Of a DNA stretch of 48,442 nucleotides, positions 33,363-43,472 are shown one piece after another (the first letter of the stretch is position 1; the number at the start of each line of letters is the position of its first letter). The DNA lies in the IMG/VR virus record IMGVR_UViG_3300039208_000529, positions 1 to 48,442 of that record; one strand, given 5' to 3'. This DNA comes from a virus. Taxonomy: Duplodnaviria > Heunggongvirae > Uroviricota > Caudoviricetes. Below the pieces are notes generated by a model. It saw nothing but the letters and a program-made list of their open reading frames with translations, was not told where the DNA came from and ran no database searches. A program made the position numbers and the translations under genes.

Positions 33363-35789
33363 ATGTCCGAAGAAAAGCCTAACGTTGAAGTGAGTAAAGA
33401 CTTAGAACATTTAGTTTCTAAGTTTGCTTCTGCACAAACTATGCTTAATGCTACTAACAGGTCTAATGATCAAAATAGATCTCAGGCGTATTTTTATGGA
33501 AACTTAGGTGATAGTATTGAACGTAGGTTTTCTGGCGATGGTTATAGTCTGCTAGGTGGCGGGAATGATTATTTCCAGGGGACCTATGGCACCGGTGGTA
33601 CTTGGCAGGCTTCTGGATATGGTAATTATTTTGGTGCTGGGCTTTTGAACGGCGACGGCCGAATGTTTTCTGGTGTCCATAATAATGGTCTCGGTGGGTT
33701 TCAGTATTTAAAAAGATTTTCAACTCATTCGGCCTTTAATCACTCAGTTATAGCTCAGTGTATGTTGGCATACTTGGGCTATGGTGTGGTACGCAATATT
33801 ATTGATTTGTACACTGATTTCGCCTGTGAAGGTCTTGAGATTTATCATACAGACAAAAGTGTTGAAAACTTTTATAAAGCGTGGGCAAAGAAGGTGGGTT
33901 TAAAAGAACGTATTCATAGTCTTTTCTCTAACTTGTTTGTTGGCGGCAACGTTTTTTGTCATCGTAGATGGGCAACCTTATCTGAGTCCGAGATAAGAAC
34001 GATGAAAAGAGCTAGAGCAACAGAGATATATGGAGACATGTTGATTGCTCGGGGAGAAGATGAAGATGAAGTTATTGAACCTCAGACAGATGAGAGCTTG
34101 ATTAATTGGCATCTCTCGAAGAAAGAGGTTCATATTAGAGATGATTCTAAGAACGGAAAAGCTGCTGGAGAAGCTCCGAGTCCTCGCTTTGACGAAGAAC
34201 CAGAAGTAAGCAATAAAATACCTTGGGGCTATACGTTCCTCAATCCTTTACAGATGGAAATTCGTGGTCGTAAAATTAGAGGCGAGCATTATTGGGTAAT
34301 GGCGATCGATAAGAAAGACACCATGGAAATATCCAAAGGATATAATATGGGAACTTATCAGGATCTGGGAAAAACCGAGATTAATCTTCCTAAGGAATTC
34401 GTCAGTAGAATCTCCAAGTATAAGGGACGTGGAGCTGGATATTTTGCTGAAGTGAAGTTATCTAATAATGAATTGAGTGTTATTCAGGCTCCAGGAAAAT
34501 GGGATTGGTTTGATTGGGCTGTACCGTTTGTATACCCAGCATTGAGAGCTTTGCATTTTAAGGACTGTTTGAGAAACATGGAAATTAGAGCATGCCAGTC
34601 CGTAATTAATTCGATCTTTCTTTTCAGACTTGGTAAGCTTCAAGAAGGTATGCCTGCTGAAGATGAACATTTTGAACGCTTGGCTGATATGTTGCAGCAG
34701 CCTGGCCATATGATGAATATTCTGTGGAATGAAGCTATTGATGCAGAGGTCATTCAAGCTGATGTAAAAGGAATTTTTGATACCAACAAACACGAGTCTG
34801 CTGATAAAGATATCTTAACAGCACTTGGAGTGCCAGAAGTATTGCTTGGTGGTAAGGGCGGAAACTTTTCAAATTCGTTTATTGGTGTCGCCACCGTTCT
34901 TGAAAAACTTGAGTCGTATCGCGACCGGGTGATGGAATGGTTGATGGGTGAACTGAAGCTTATTGCTGATGTAATGGGGTTCAGAAAACTGCCAGAGATT
35001 AGATTTGGAAGTACAAGCTTGGTTGATAAGAAAGCTCAGCAAACATTTTTGATGGGTCTTTATGATAGAAATATTATTTCTGCTGACACGCTGCTTAGAA
35101 ATGAAGCTAACACTACGGCGGAAATGGAAGCATCGAAGTTGAAACAAGAAAAGAGTTTGCGAGGCAAGAATGTGTTTGAACCTCGTGGTCCATTTATTAA
35201 AGAGCCTAAAGCTCCTGGTGCAGGTCCAGCTGGATCTAAGCCAACTCAGCCAAACGGCAGACCAGGAAACTCGTCTACTGGTCCTACAGGAAAACAAAGT
35301 AATCCTAGAGGACCGAAGGGTCAAGGTTTGGCTGTGAGTTTAGAGTCTCTTGAACAATATCATAATATGAGTGATTTGTTGCAGGTTCATGGAAGAGAAG
35401 TGTTAGATAAGATTGAGTCTTATTGTAGTAATCAGTTATTGCGTGCTCGTGCTCTTGAAGATGGACGAATTAAGCACATTAAACAGCTGAAAAAGGACGA
35501 GAAAGAAAGATTAGAAAATCTTATCTACAATGTTTTTAGTCATATGCCGGCGGCACCTGAAAATGATTACACAGATGACTTTATAGTACAGATGCTACAG
35601 TCTGATGCTGCAACCAGTATTAAGGCTGATGTATTGGAAGTTTATACAGATAAAATTGCTGAGTATAGTAGATCTTATGGTAAATCTCCTTCTAGAGAAA
35701 TGAGGCGTCAGTTTATTGTTTCTGCTTGGACTCAGCGTGCACTCATGAATCACTTAATGCAAAAACCCGACATTTTAACGGCAAGTTAG
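33363..35789 (+). CDS. Portal protein
   Basis: Follows terminase; GVVRNIIDLYTDF, YTFLNP, WAVPF, ILTALGVP..LLGG, EIRF, YDRNIIS..TLL; Gly/Pro-rich C-terminal extension. Confidence 0.8.
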   Translation: MSEEKPNVEVSKDLEHLVSKFASAQTMLNATNRSNDQNRSQAYFYGNLGDSIERRFSGDGYSLLGGGNDYFQGTYGTGGTWQASGYGNYFGAGLLNGDGRMFSGVHNNGLGGFQYLKRFSTHSAFNHSVIAQCMLAYLGYGVVRNIIDLYTDFACEGLEIYHTDKSVENFYKAWAKKVGLKERIHSLFSNLFVGGNVFCHRRWATLSESEIRTMKRARATEIYGDMLIARGEDEDEVIEPQTDESLINWHLSKKEVHIRDDSKNGKAAGEAPSPRFDEEPEVSNKIPWGYTFLNPLQMEIRGRKIRGEHYWVMAIDKKDTMEISKGYNMGTYQDLGKTEINLPKEFVSRISKYKGRGAGYFAEVKLSNNELSVIQAPGKWDWFDWAVPFVYPALRALHFKDCLRNMEIRACQSVINSIFLFRLGKLQEGMPAEDEHFERLADMLQQPGHMMNILWNEAIDAEVIQADVKGIFDTNKHESADKDILTALGVPEVLLGGKGGNFSNSFIGVATVLEKLESYRDRVMEWLMGELKLIADVMGFRKLPEIRFGSTSLVDKKAQQTFLMGLYDRNIISADTLLRNEANTTAEMEASKLKQEKSLRGKNVFEPRGPFIKEPKAPGAGPAGSKPTQPNGRPGNSSTGPTGKQSNPRGPKGQGLAVSLESLEQYHNMSDLLQVHGREVLDKIESYCSNQLLRARALEDGRIKHIKQLKKDEKERLENLIYNVFSHMPAAPENDYTDDFIVQMLQSDAATSIKADVLEVYTDKIAEYSRSYGKSPSREMRRQFIVSAWTQRALMNHLMQKPDILTAS

Positions 35790-35802
35790 AGTATTACATA
35801 TT

Positions 35803-36675
35803 ATGAGTAGTAGAACCACCGCTAAAATTATAAAAAAAGGATCTCAATGGTGCGTCGTTTCCGAAGATGGAAGCAAAAACCTTGGTTGTTCTGATTCAAG
35901 AGAAGGTGCTGAAAAGAGACTTAGACAAGTTGAATTTTTTAAAAACAAAGGGCATGCGATGAGTTACGATGAATTATTTGAGAACCTTGGGAAGGTTTCC
36001 TCTGGATATAAAATTAGCGAAGATAAAAATAAAACGCTCATTGCGGGCGGAACAATTGCTGGTCAGCTTTCTCCTAATGTCTTAGACACTAAAGAGCATT
36101 TTCCAGTAATTACTGAAAATCAAGCTATCTCTTCAATGAAGAGAGCTATGGCATTGACGGAGGCTCCAGTTTGGTACAACGGCAATCTGGAAGGTCTTCG
36201 TAATGAAGTATACGCGGGTGTAGCTATTAATCATCCGGGTTTAAATATTAATGTATCTATTCCAGTTGATCAAGCTCTCGCTCTTTCTGATGGGGAGCAA
36301 GAGGCCGAAACTCAGAAAAGCGACATTAAGGATCCAGCCAATGTTGCAACCGATAAAGTCCCACAGGTAAAGCGTCCTACATTAGCAGCAGCTCTTGCAG
36401 AGGAAGCCGCTGATGATGATCGTAGAAAGGTTATGGCTGGAGATCTCATGGTTATGCTTGAGAAACAAAAGGAAGCATTAGACAATGCAATGAAAGTTGC
36501 AAAGAGATTAATGAATAAGGGGCTTTCAGCAGAAGAGTTTGAAGGACTTGTTTCCTTTTTACAGGAGGATGTTCTTCGTGCTCTTTTAAGTCAGGGTGTT
36601 ACAGCTTCTTCGAGAGATGATGATACTGATCGTCGTCAAGAGCTTATCAATCGTCTGAAAGGCGATAATGAATAA
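35803..36675 (+). CDS. Head-module hypothetical protein
   Basis: N-terminal IIKKGSQWCVVSEDGSKNLGC...AEKRLRQVEFFK domain often seen in phage head-gene modules. Confidence 0.7.
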   Translation: MSSRTTAKIIKKGSQWCVVSEDGSKNLGCSDSREGAEKRLRQVEFFKNKGHAMSYDELFENLGKVSSGYKISEDKNKTLIAGGTIAGQLSPNVLDTKEHFPVITENQAISSMKRAMALTEAPVWYNGNLEGLRNEVYAGVAINHPGLNINVSIPVDQALALSDGEQEAETQKSDIKDPANVATDKVPQVKRPTLAAALAEEAADDDRRKVMAGDLMVMLEKQKEALDNAMKVAKRLMNKGLSAEEFEGLVSFLQEDVLRALLSQGVTASSRDDDTDRRQELINRLKGDNE

Positions 36676-36808
36676 GCGGTTTGTTGATACTGTTGCGGTT
36701 TTGATGAGGCTCCGACGTGAAAAAGCGGAGAATAACCCATTTCGAAATCCTCAGAAGCCGACAGATGGCGGGAAAAAAAAGGAGAAGAAGAAAAAAAGGA
36801 GCTATTGA
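36668..36808 (+). CDS. Small basic protein (46 aa, not in ORF track)
   Basis: MNKRFVDTVAVLMRLRREK...GGKKKEKKKKRSY; overlaps both neighbours. Confidence 0.55.
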   Translation: MNKRFVDTVAVLMRLRREKAENNPFRNPQKPTDGGKKKEKKKKRSY

Positions 36809-37113
36809 TGGCAGCTGATCTCAATTCTGGTTTTAGTAATAATATTAATATTGTAACTGTTCGTACTCAGGGAGTTAGTTTACAAAAACTAACCGATAGA
36901 TCAATTGATTTAGATGGTGACGGCAATAAAGAGCAAATTAGTATTACTCATGTTTCTGGCCATGCAGTTGGAACACCAAGTGCTCCAGGCGGAAAGATTC
37001 GAGAAACGGTTACTACTCCAGCTGGGTTTAACAGAACTATCGTTCAACAGCCTGTTGAAACTGATGGTGGTGTCAATATCACTGGATCTGAGTTTACTGA
37101 AGGGGTTGACTAA
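36808..37113 (+). CDS. Hypothetical protein
   Basis: AAGGAG RBS; TGATG overlap. Confidence 0.7.
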   Translation: MAADLNSGFSNNINIVTVRTQGVSLQKLTDRSIDLDGDGNKEQISITHVSGHAVGTPSAPGGKIRETVTTPAGFNRTIVQQPVETDGGVNITGSEFTEGVD

Positions 37114-37625
37114 TGGATACTGCTAATGAGGGACTTCGTAGACAAGAGTTTGGTCGTCTAAAAGATAAGCTTGATGACCAGAAAGGTATTCAGATAGATC
37201 ATTTTTCTGATGCTCTTGAGCGGGCTGGCGTGAAAGCTGATGAGACGGAGCATATTAGCGTAAATCCGCCTAAGACCGATTTGTGGCCACGTATGCCCGG
37301 AAGCAGCGATGATGGGGATCCATATAGCTCTTCTGTTAAACCAGAAGGCGTAGCTGTTTGGTCTAAGCCTCCGGCCACCAAAGAAGAAGAAGCGACGTAC
37401 TATGGTGTTCATATTCACGATGAGTCAAACCCTCTTGGATTGCATACGCACGTTCCTGGTGGGACTCCGGGTGGCGGTCATAGTCATGGTCCTCAAAATA
37501 GATTAGGTGTTCATCACCATCGTACGGATTCTCCAGACATGGTGCAGCTTGATGGTCCTCACACTCATGAAGGATGTAATTTTCCAGATGGTGGTCATAA
37601 TCATGCACCGTCTAATTTTGGATAG
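37113..37625 (+). CDS. Protein with repeated GxHxH motifs (probable metal binder)
   Basis: GVHIH, GLHTH, GGHSH, GVHHH, GPHTH, GGHNH. Confidence 0.7.
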   Translation: MDTANEGLRRQEFGRLKDKLDDQKGIQIDHFSDALERAGVKADETEHISVNPPKTDLWPRMPGSSDDGDPYSSSVKPEGVAVWSKPPATKEEEATYYGVHIHDESNPLGLHTHVPGGTPGGGHSHGPQNRLGVHHHRTDSPDMVQLDGPHTHEGCNFPDGGHNHAPSNFG

Positions 37626-37629
37626 AGTT

Positions 37630-37650
37630 TTAGTGTATTCTAAAAAATAG
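37630..37650 (+). promoter_or_regulatory. Putative late promoter
   Basis: TTAGTGTATT upstream of the protease/scaffold gene. Confidence 0.55.
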
Positions 37651-37652
37651 AC

Positions 37653-39506
37653 ATGTCTAACTTAAGAAGAAATAAAACATATCTGGTCTCTAAGGCTGAA
37701 TTAGTTGAACCTAATTCAGATGTTTTCCGTGCCGTTGCCGCATCTATCCAGGAAAAATATGGCATGGATCTTAAACCCCAAATGGATTTGCTTTATATGC
37801 GGTCTTGTTTGGTTTCGGCGGGGCTTAAGGCGGGAATAAATGATAACGATGATATTTTTACCAGAGAAGAGGCTTGGGCGGCTAGACATTCTCCGGTATT
37901 TAAGCCTTTTAACTGGCAACATCAAGATAAAGATATTGTTGGTGTTATTTACAGCGTTGAAGCAAGAGATCTAAACGGTAATGTTTTAGATTTTAGTGAC
38001 AACAGAGTTCCGGATCAAGATTTTGATCTTTGGACTGAGGCTGTAATTTTTAGATTAATTCATCCTGATCGAGCGAACGAAGTTGAAGCTCGTGCTGCCA
38101 AGAATGATTTATACGTCTCCATGGAAGCATGGTTTGATGATTATGGGTATGGCATATGTGATGAAAACGGGAAACTTGATAAAATTGTTGCCCGGAATGA
38201 GAAAACTAGTTTCCTTGATAAGCATTTGCGTGCTAGCGGAGGAGCTGGTTTGTTTGAAGAAAAGCGGATCGGTCGAGTTCTACGTTCTATCACCTTTGGA
38301 GGGTGTGGTTTAGTAGACCGTCCCGCAAATAAACGTTCTGTCATTTCTGATGTAACGGCTGGGACGTTTGATACTGACCCCGTAGAAGTGGTTGATATTG
38401 AATTCTTACTTCAAAAGGTAATGGAATCTGACTCTACAATGGAGGAAACTTTAATGAATACTCAGGCTAATCAAAAAGATACTAAGGCTGAGATTGCAGA
38501 AACAGTAGGCGAAGTGCTCGATCAACGTGAGAAAGTACAAGCTGATCGTCAAGCAAAAGCAGCATTAGAGGCTCGTGCGGCTGAAGCCGAGCAGAAAAAT
38601 AAAGAGCTTGAGCAGCAAGTTTCCGATCTATCTGAAGCAAATGAAACAAAAGAAGCGGAGGTCCAAGCACTGAATGAGACGCTAAATCGCTTTAATGAGG
38701 TTGTAGATAACCTTGTTGAGAGTGAGCAGGCTGCTGCCGGTGCCACTGGTGATACTCCTGCGGAAATTGCGGCTATTGATGGTGCTAAGGATGGTGAAGG
38801 AGCTTTTAGAGCAAAGATGTCATGGATTGAAAAATCCTTGGCTTCCCTACGCTCTCGTGCTGCTAACGCTGACAAATTGGAAGCTGAACTAGTTGAAGCT
38901 GCCAAAATCGTTCGTGAAAATGAGGTTCGTGCTATGTTTGCCAACGTTCTTCCCGAAGAAACAGTTGATGCTCTTGTAGCTCGTGCTTCTGCTCTCAGTG
39001 ATGAGGATTATGAGCTTTGGCGTGATGAAAAAGAGCTGATGGCTCTTGACATGACTCAAGCTGCTGATCCTGAGCTGAAGGAAAAAATGAATAAAAAAGG
39101 TAAAGAAGGTGCTAAGGAGGAGAAAGAAGCTCAGGCTTCTGATTTGTTCCGTGCTCTTCTTGAAAGACGTAGATCTGAAGGGATGGAAGCTGACCCAGGG
39201 ACTCCAGGTGCGGAACCGCACTTGATTAATCCTCCAGGTGGGGATGGTCTAAAGTCTGGCGTAAATCCTGGTGGATTGCGTACTCCACGCCACAAAATCG
39301 CAGGTAGTGCTGCCGGGAACGACCTCGAAGCCGTGCTTGAGAATGCTCAAGCCGAGGACGACGTTAACCTTGCCGGTGCTACTCAAGCGGGTGGTGAGGA
39401 GAATGGTGTTAGTCCGTTCCGTAGCTTAGCTGCGGAGATTACGGGCTATGGCAAGGAAGATGAGGATCCGGCTTCTGAGAAGCCGGGATTTGATCCTGTT
39501 CAGTAA
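37653..39506 (+). CDS. Prohead protease fused to scaffold
   Basis: NDNDDIF..E, NWQH..IVG, VSME, F.G.GLV.RPA protease-like N-terminus; long coiled-coil C-terminus; precedes the capsid genes. Confidence 0.75.
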   Translation: MSNLRRNKTYLVSKAELVEPNSDVFRAVAASIQEKYGMDLKPQMDLLYMRSCLVSAGLKAGINDNDDIFTREEAWAARHSPVFKPFNWQHQDKDIVGVIYSVEARDLNGNVLDFSDNRVPDQDFDLWTEAVIFRLIHPDRANEVEARAAKNDLYVSMEAWFDDYGYGICDENGKLDKIVARNEKTSFLDKHLRASGGAGLFEEKRIGRVLRSITFGGCGLVDRPANKRSVISDVTAGTFDTDPVEVVDIEFLLQKVMESDSTMEETLMNTQANQKDTKAEIAETVGEVLDQREKVQADRQAKAALEARAAEAEQKNKELEQQVSDLSEANETKEAEVQALNETLNRFNEVVDNLVESEQAAAGATGDTPAEIAAIDGAKDGEGAFRAKMSWIEKSLASLRSRAANADKLEAELVEAAKIVRENEVRAMFANVLPEETVDALVARASALSDEDYELWRDEKELMALDMTQAADPELKEKMNKKGKEGAKEEKEAQASDLFRALLERRRSEGMEADPGTPGAEPHLINPPGGDGLKSGVNPGGLRTPRHKIAGSAAGNDLEAVLENAQAEDDVNLAGATQAGGEENGVSPFRSLAAEITGYGKEDEDPASEKPGFDPVQ

Positions 39507-39524
39507 TTAAAGGGAGATAAAACT

Positions 39525-40004
39525 ATGGCTCTACAAGGAAGTCGCCAAGTATTCCATACTAATGTGGATTGCACTGTCTCCGGTGTTGCTGAAAGAGGGG
39601 GCATCTTGTCTTACGTTCCTGGCGTTAATGGCCTTTGTGCATATGCCGATGCTACTGCCGTTTCTGGTGCTTTGTCCGGTCCAGCCGGTCTATTGCTAGA
39701 TGATGTTGAAGACATCAACTACTTCAGAAACCCAGAGTATCGTCAACGCAACGTTGTACCTAAGGGTAGCGTTGTTGGTATTGCAACTGAGGGCGAATTT
39801 CACACTGATCAAGTCGAGCAGAACCTGCCGACTGGTGAAAGCGTTGGAACGTATGCACCTGGTGATACCCTGTATCTAGCAGACAACGGACAAGTTTCTA
39901 GAGACAATGCTTCTGGAGCAACCGGCACGGCACGCCCGACTGTTGGTAAAGCTCTAAGTGCTCTCGGATCTGATGGGTTCCTAAAAGTCCGGATTGAGTT
40001 GTAA
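39525..40004 (+). CDS. Capsid decoration/cement protein
   Basis: Between scaffold and MCP; PAGLLL, GDTLYL..NG, VGKALS..SDGFLKVRI. Confidence 0.7.
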   Translation: MALQGSRQVFHTNVDCTVSGVAERGGILSYVPGVNGLCAYADATAVSGALSGPAGLLLDDVEDINYFRNPEYRQRNVVPKGSVVGIATEGEFHTDQVEQNLPTGESVGTYAPGDTLYLADNGQVSRDNASGATGTARPTVGKALSALGSDGFLKVRIEL

Positions 40005-40017
40005 GGAGAGATAAACG

Positions 40018-41058
40018 ATGAATATGTACAAACGTTATCCGCAAGCAGCGGTTGAAGCTCTTAGAGCTACTGCTTCTCCTAACACGCAAATCCGTGAACA
40101 AGCTCAGAAAGCATTTGCTGCCGAGCTTCAGTTCCCATTGCGTCAAGGAGTATTTGATCGTGATAATCTTGCTGGAATTTTCGAAAGACAGCTATTGGCT
40201 CCTGGTGCTCAGGCCAATTACCCACTGGATTTCGTTAAGCCTGGTGAAGAGGATGAATTTATTGCCTTTACCATGCCGAAGCAGGGCCGCGTCCCTGAGC
40301 GTCATGTAGAAGGCGACGAGCTTTGGGTGCCGACTTTCAATATTGCTAACAGTATTGATTGGTCGATTAAGTATGCCGAAGAAGCTCGCTTTGATGTTAT
40401 CATGCGTGCAATCCGCGTCTACGAGGCCGGTTTTGTTCGTAAGATTAACAGTGATGGTTGGCGTACCGTTATCGGTGCTGCTGATGGTCGTGGTTTGGTA
40501 GTTACCGCTCTTGGTGCTGCCCCATTCACCGGCTCTACTCTTGCACCTTCGCCTGCTGCTGGTCAGTTCACTAAAGAATTGATTAGCCGTATGCGTACTG
40601 CAATGACTCGTGGTGCTGGTGGAAACGGTAACGCAGGTCGTTTGACCGACGTTTACCTTTCTCTTGAGGCTATGGAAGATATTCGTGCATGGGACGTTGA
40701 TGAGATCGACGAGTTTACTCGTAGAGAAATCTTCGTAAGTCGCGAATACGGTCTTGCTCAGATTTATGGCGTGGTTCTCCACGAGATGACTGAGTGGGGC
40801 GAAGGCCAGGAGTACGAAGAGTACCTAGAGTCTACTCTAGGTCGTTCGCACCAAACCGTTGCATCGGTAACCCTTAGAGAGTTCTGCCTGGGTCTTGACT
40901 TGTCTACTATGGACAGCTTCGTAATGCCTATCCGCAAGGAACTAGAGACTTACGAGGATCCTGCTCTATACAGACAACAGAGAGCTGGTATCTACGGATG
41001 GATGGAGCACGGCTTTGCCGTTCTTGATCCTCGTAGAGTTGTACTCGGTGAATTCTAA
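40018..41058 (+). CDS. Major capsid protein
   Basis: 346 aa, strong RBS, followed by a terminator; GRVPERHVEGD, DVYLS.EAMEDIR, EDPAL.RQQRAGIYGW..GFAVLD.RRV. Confidence 0.85.
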   Translation: MNMYKRYPQAAVEALRATASPNTQIREQAQKAFAAELQFPLRQGVFDRDNLAGIFERQLLAPGAQANYPLDFVKPGEEDEFIAFTMPKQGRVPERHVEGDELWVPTFNIANSIDWSIKYAEEARFDVIMRAIRVYEAGFVRKINSDGWRTVIGAADGRGLVVTALGAAPFTGSTLAPSPAAGQFTKELISRMRTAMTRGAGGNGNAGRLTDVYLSLEAMEDIRAWDVDEIDEFTRREIFVSREYGLAQIYGVVLHEMTEWGEGQEYEEYLESTLGRSHQTVASVTLREFCLGLDLSTMDSFVMPIRKELETYEDPALYRQQRAGIYGWMEHGFAVLDPRRVVLGEF

Positions 41059-41079
41059 ACCATCTAGGTTTTAACACGG

Positions 41080-41113
41080 AGGCGGCGGGGTCTTAGGGCC
41101 CTGTCGCCTTTTT
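41080..41113 (+). terminator. Intrinsic terminator after the MCP
   Basis: AGGCGGCGGGGTC-TTAG-GGCCCTGTCGCCT followed by a T run. Confidence 0.85.
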
Positions 41114-41116
41114 CAA

Positions 41117-41135
41117 TTAGTGTATTATCTTGTAG
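41117..41135 (+). promoter_or_regulatory. Putative late promoter
   Basis: TTAGTGTA-N8-TAG immediately after the terminator. Confidence 0.65.
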
Positions 41136-41145
41136 GAGATAAATT

Positions 41146-42018
41146 ATGCCAGGTGAAACAAAAGTACTAACCGTAGGGGCCAATGCTTCGGCACTCGATA
41201 TTTTTATAAACGCTGGCGGTTCTCCAGTTAATGCAACCTTTGTTGGTTTTGAACTTTTTGATGCATCAAATACTTCGGCTACTAGTGGCGTAGCTGTTAA
41301 CCCATCTACAGGAAAATATACTGCGTCCGGTGTCGTTCCGGCCGGTTTTCAACTTGGTACATGGAGAGTTGATTGGGATATTATTACTGCTGGAAATAGT
41401 ATAGTAACAGCAAGTGAACCATTTTGCGTTCAGGAGGTAGATGTACAAATTGGCTTTGTTCCACCTACAGATAAAACTGGTACTATTTATGAAGCAGTGA
41501 GAATTGATATTGGCGACCCGGATGGCAATGTTTTTGACGACGATTTTTTGAAACGTGTGCTTACTAAGGCTGCTCGTAGATTAAATCATAGATTAGGGTT
41601 ATCTACTACAGCTCGACCACTTGGTATTCCAGGTACCTTTGGAGGGCCACGTCTTAAGGTTTCGCCAATTACTGTAGACTTAGAGGCTGGTACTATAACT
41701 CCCAATAATGATGAACTTTGCGATCTTATTATTATGATGATGGAATATATCATTATAACAAGTGAAGTTTCTGCATTGAAGAGACTAGCGGCCACATCTG
41801 CCTCTGGTCCATTTGCCACCTTGGTTGGAAATGCTGTTAATGATGGAATCTCTGTGACTAACGCCGACGGTGTTCGTGTAGATATCAGTGGAGGTAGATT
41901 GGCGAATAGAGTAGCTCTTCATCGTCTTGATATTCAGACTAGAGAAAAAGAACTTGAAGCTGCTATCAAAGCATTTTTGGCTCGCCAAACTGGAAACTAT
42001 GGAAAGCTCATATATTAA
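41146..42018 (+). CDS. Head completion/adaptor (neck) protein with N-terminal Ig-like domain
   Basis: VRIDIGDPD...FDDDFL..VL adaptor-like motif; position after the MCP. Confidence 0.6.
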   Translation: MPGETKVLTVGANASALDIFINAGGSPVNATFVGFELFDASNTSATSGVAVNPSTGKYTASGVVPAGFQLGTWRVDWDIITAGNSIVTASEPFCVQEVDVQIGFVPPTDKTGTIYEAVRIDIGDPDGNVFDDDFLKRVLTKAARRLNHRLGLSTTARPLGIPGTFGGPRLKVSPITVDLEAGTITPNNDELCDLIIMMMEYIIITSEVSALKRLAATSASGPFATLVGNAVNDGISVTNADGVRVDISGGRLANRVALHRLDIQTREKELEAAIKAFLARQTGNYGKLIY

Positions 42019-42377
42019 TGCTAGTGTACGCAAAGCAACCAAGAGGTATTTTATACATTGGTAAGGAACCTATATATGGTCGAGAAATGATCCAGGGACC
42101 TTCTGATATTCCGTATAAAGTATTTGAAGCATATAAGGATGGATTAGAGGAAGGCACATATAGAGAAGGGTTTCTGTCTAAATTGTTTGGTAATCCTGAT
42201 TTTCCAGAGGTTGCCTTTAAATATAGTGATTTGAGGTTTTTGCCAGAAAAAACACTTAATAAAATTTGTGTTGGCATGAAGATGAGAATTTTTAAAAAGA
42301 CCACAAGAATTGCTAAAATTAAAATGATAAAGAAGGCTTTGAGGGAAAAATCTCCTGATGTCGTTACGTCCGCTTAG
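42018..42377 (+). CDS. Hypothetical protein
   Basis: TAATG overlap. Confidence 0.65.
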   Translation: MLVYAKQPRGILYIGKEPIYGREMIQGPSDIPYKVFEAYKDGLEEGTYREGFLSKLFGNPDFPEVAFKYSDLRFLPEKTLNKICVGMKMRIFKKTTRIAKIKMIKKALREKSPDVVTSA

Positions 42378-42933
42378 ACAGCAAGAACAGGTTAATATTG
42401 ATTATATTTCGCCATGGACTCAAGAACGTGGCGGTATTCTTACATATGCGACAGCTTCAGGAATAACGTTTGCTCAGTATGCTCATGTTGCCAGCGGTGC
42501 AGTTCCTATTGGTATTCAATTGAACGATGTAGAAAACGTTAATTTTTCTCGTGAAGTATTTCCTCAAAGAATTAGAAATACTGAAGTCCCTTGTGGAATT
42601 GTTGGGATTGGTGTACAAGGAGATTTTGAAACAGATTGGGTTCATCAGGTTGGTCAGATATCTACAGGAGATTTGGCTTATGTTGGACCAAGTGGAACAT
42701 TTACAAACTCTTCCAGTTTTGGAGGAGCTTTAGTGGGAAAGTTTTTAGGAACATTAAAAGCTAATGTTCATCCAGTTGTTTTTAGAGGATTAGGGTTTTC
42801 TAGAGAGTTTGTAGACCCTGTTTCAAAACAAATTGTTTGGGAAAACAATCCTTCAGATATGTTAACAGTGTTGTCTCCTGGTTTTGTGAAAATTCGTATT
42901 GACTCATCTCTTATGACTAGGGGGTCGCTATAA
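42358..42933 (+). CDS. Paralog of the decoration/cement protein 39525-40004
   Basis: ERGGILTY vs ERGGILSY; PIGIQLNDVENVNFSR vs PAGLLLDDVEDINYFR. Confidence 0.75.
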   Translation: MSLRPLRQQEQVNIDYISPWTQERGGILTYATASGITFAQYAHVASGAVPIGIQLNDVENVNFSREVFPQRIRNTEVPCGIVGIGVQGDFETDWVHQVGQISTGDLAYVGPSGTFTNSSSFGGALVGKFLGTLKANVHPVVFRGLGFSREFVDPVSKQIVWENNPSDMLTVLSPGFVKIRIDSSLMTRGSL

Positions 42934-43472
42934 TGGTAATTTTGCCTAATGGACAAGATCTTACTGCTGCGAGCGGTCTAATCAACATAGGATTTCTTGA
43001 AAATGTTTATCACTCAATCATTGATGAAACATTTGTAGACCTTGGTCGTAGAGTTGTATTTCATTTGCAGCCTTCTCAGGAACAAGATGTTGTAACTCAA
43101 TCAAAACCACAGGCACAGCAGTACAATCCGTTTTTTGGAAGAGTTGGTGTTCCAAACACAAACACTAGAAATCCTGGAACCAAGATAACACCAAGAGATG
43201 TTATATATGACGCCCATATTAGAATTGGTCCAATGAAAGAAGGTACCGATACTACTGGTATGGGTGATCTGAAAGCAAATGAAGCAATGATCACTGTTGT
43301 TATTGAGGCTATGCAATACATAGATCAAATAATCAGCATTTCTATTGAGGGTCGCAGATATTCTGTTATGGAAACTAGACCAATTGGCTTTTCAAGTAGA
43401 AGGTATATAATGATGAAACTTGAAGAGATTAATGAACGTGAGGCCCCTAGTACAATTTCTACGGATGGTTAA
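42933..43472 (+). CDS. Probable head-closure/head-tail joining protein
   Basis: Position; IEGRRYSV...RPIGF..RRYI. Confidence 0.5.
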   Translation: MVILPNGQDLTAASGLINIGFLENVYHSIIDETFVDLGRRVVFHLQPSQEQDVVTQSKPQAQQYNPFFGRVGVPNTNTRNPGTKITPRDVIYDAHIRIGPMKEGTDTTGMGDLKANEAMITVVIEAMQYIDQIISISIEGRRYSVMETRPIGFSSRRYIMMKLEEINEREAPSTISTDG

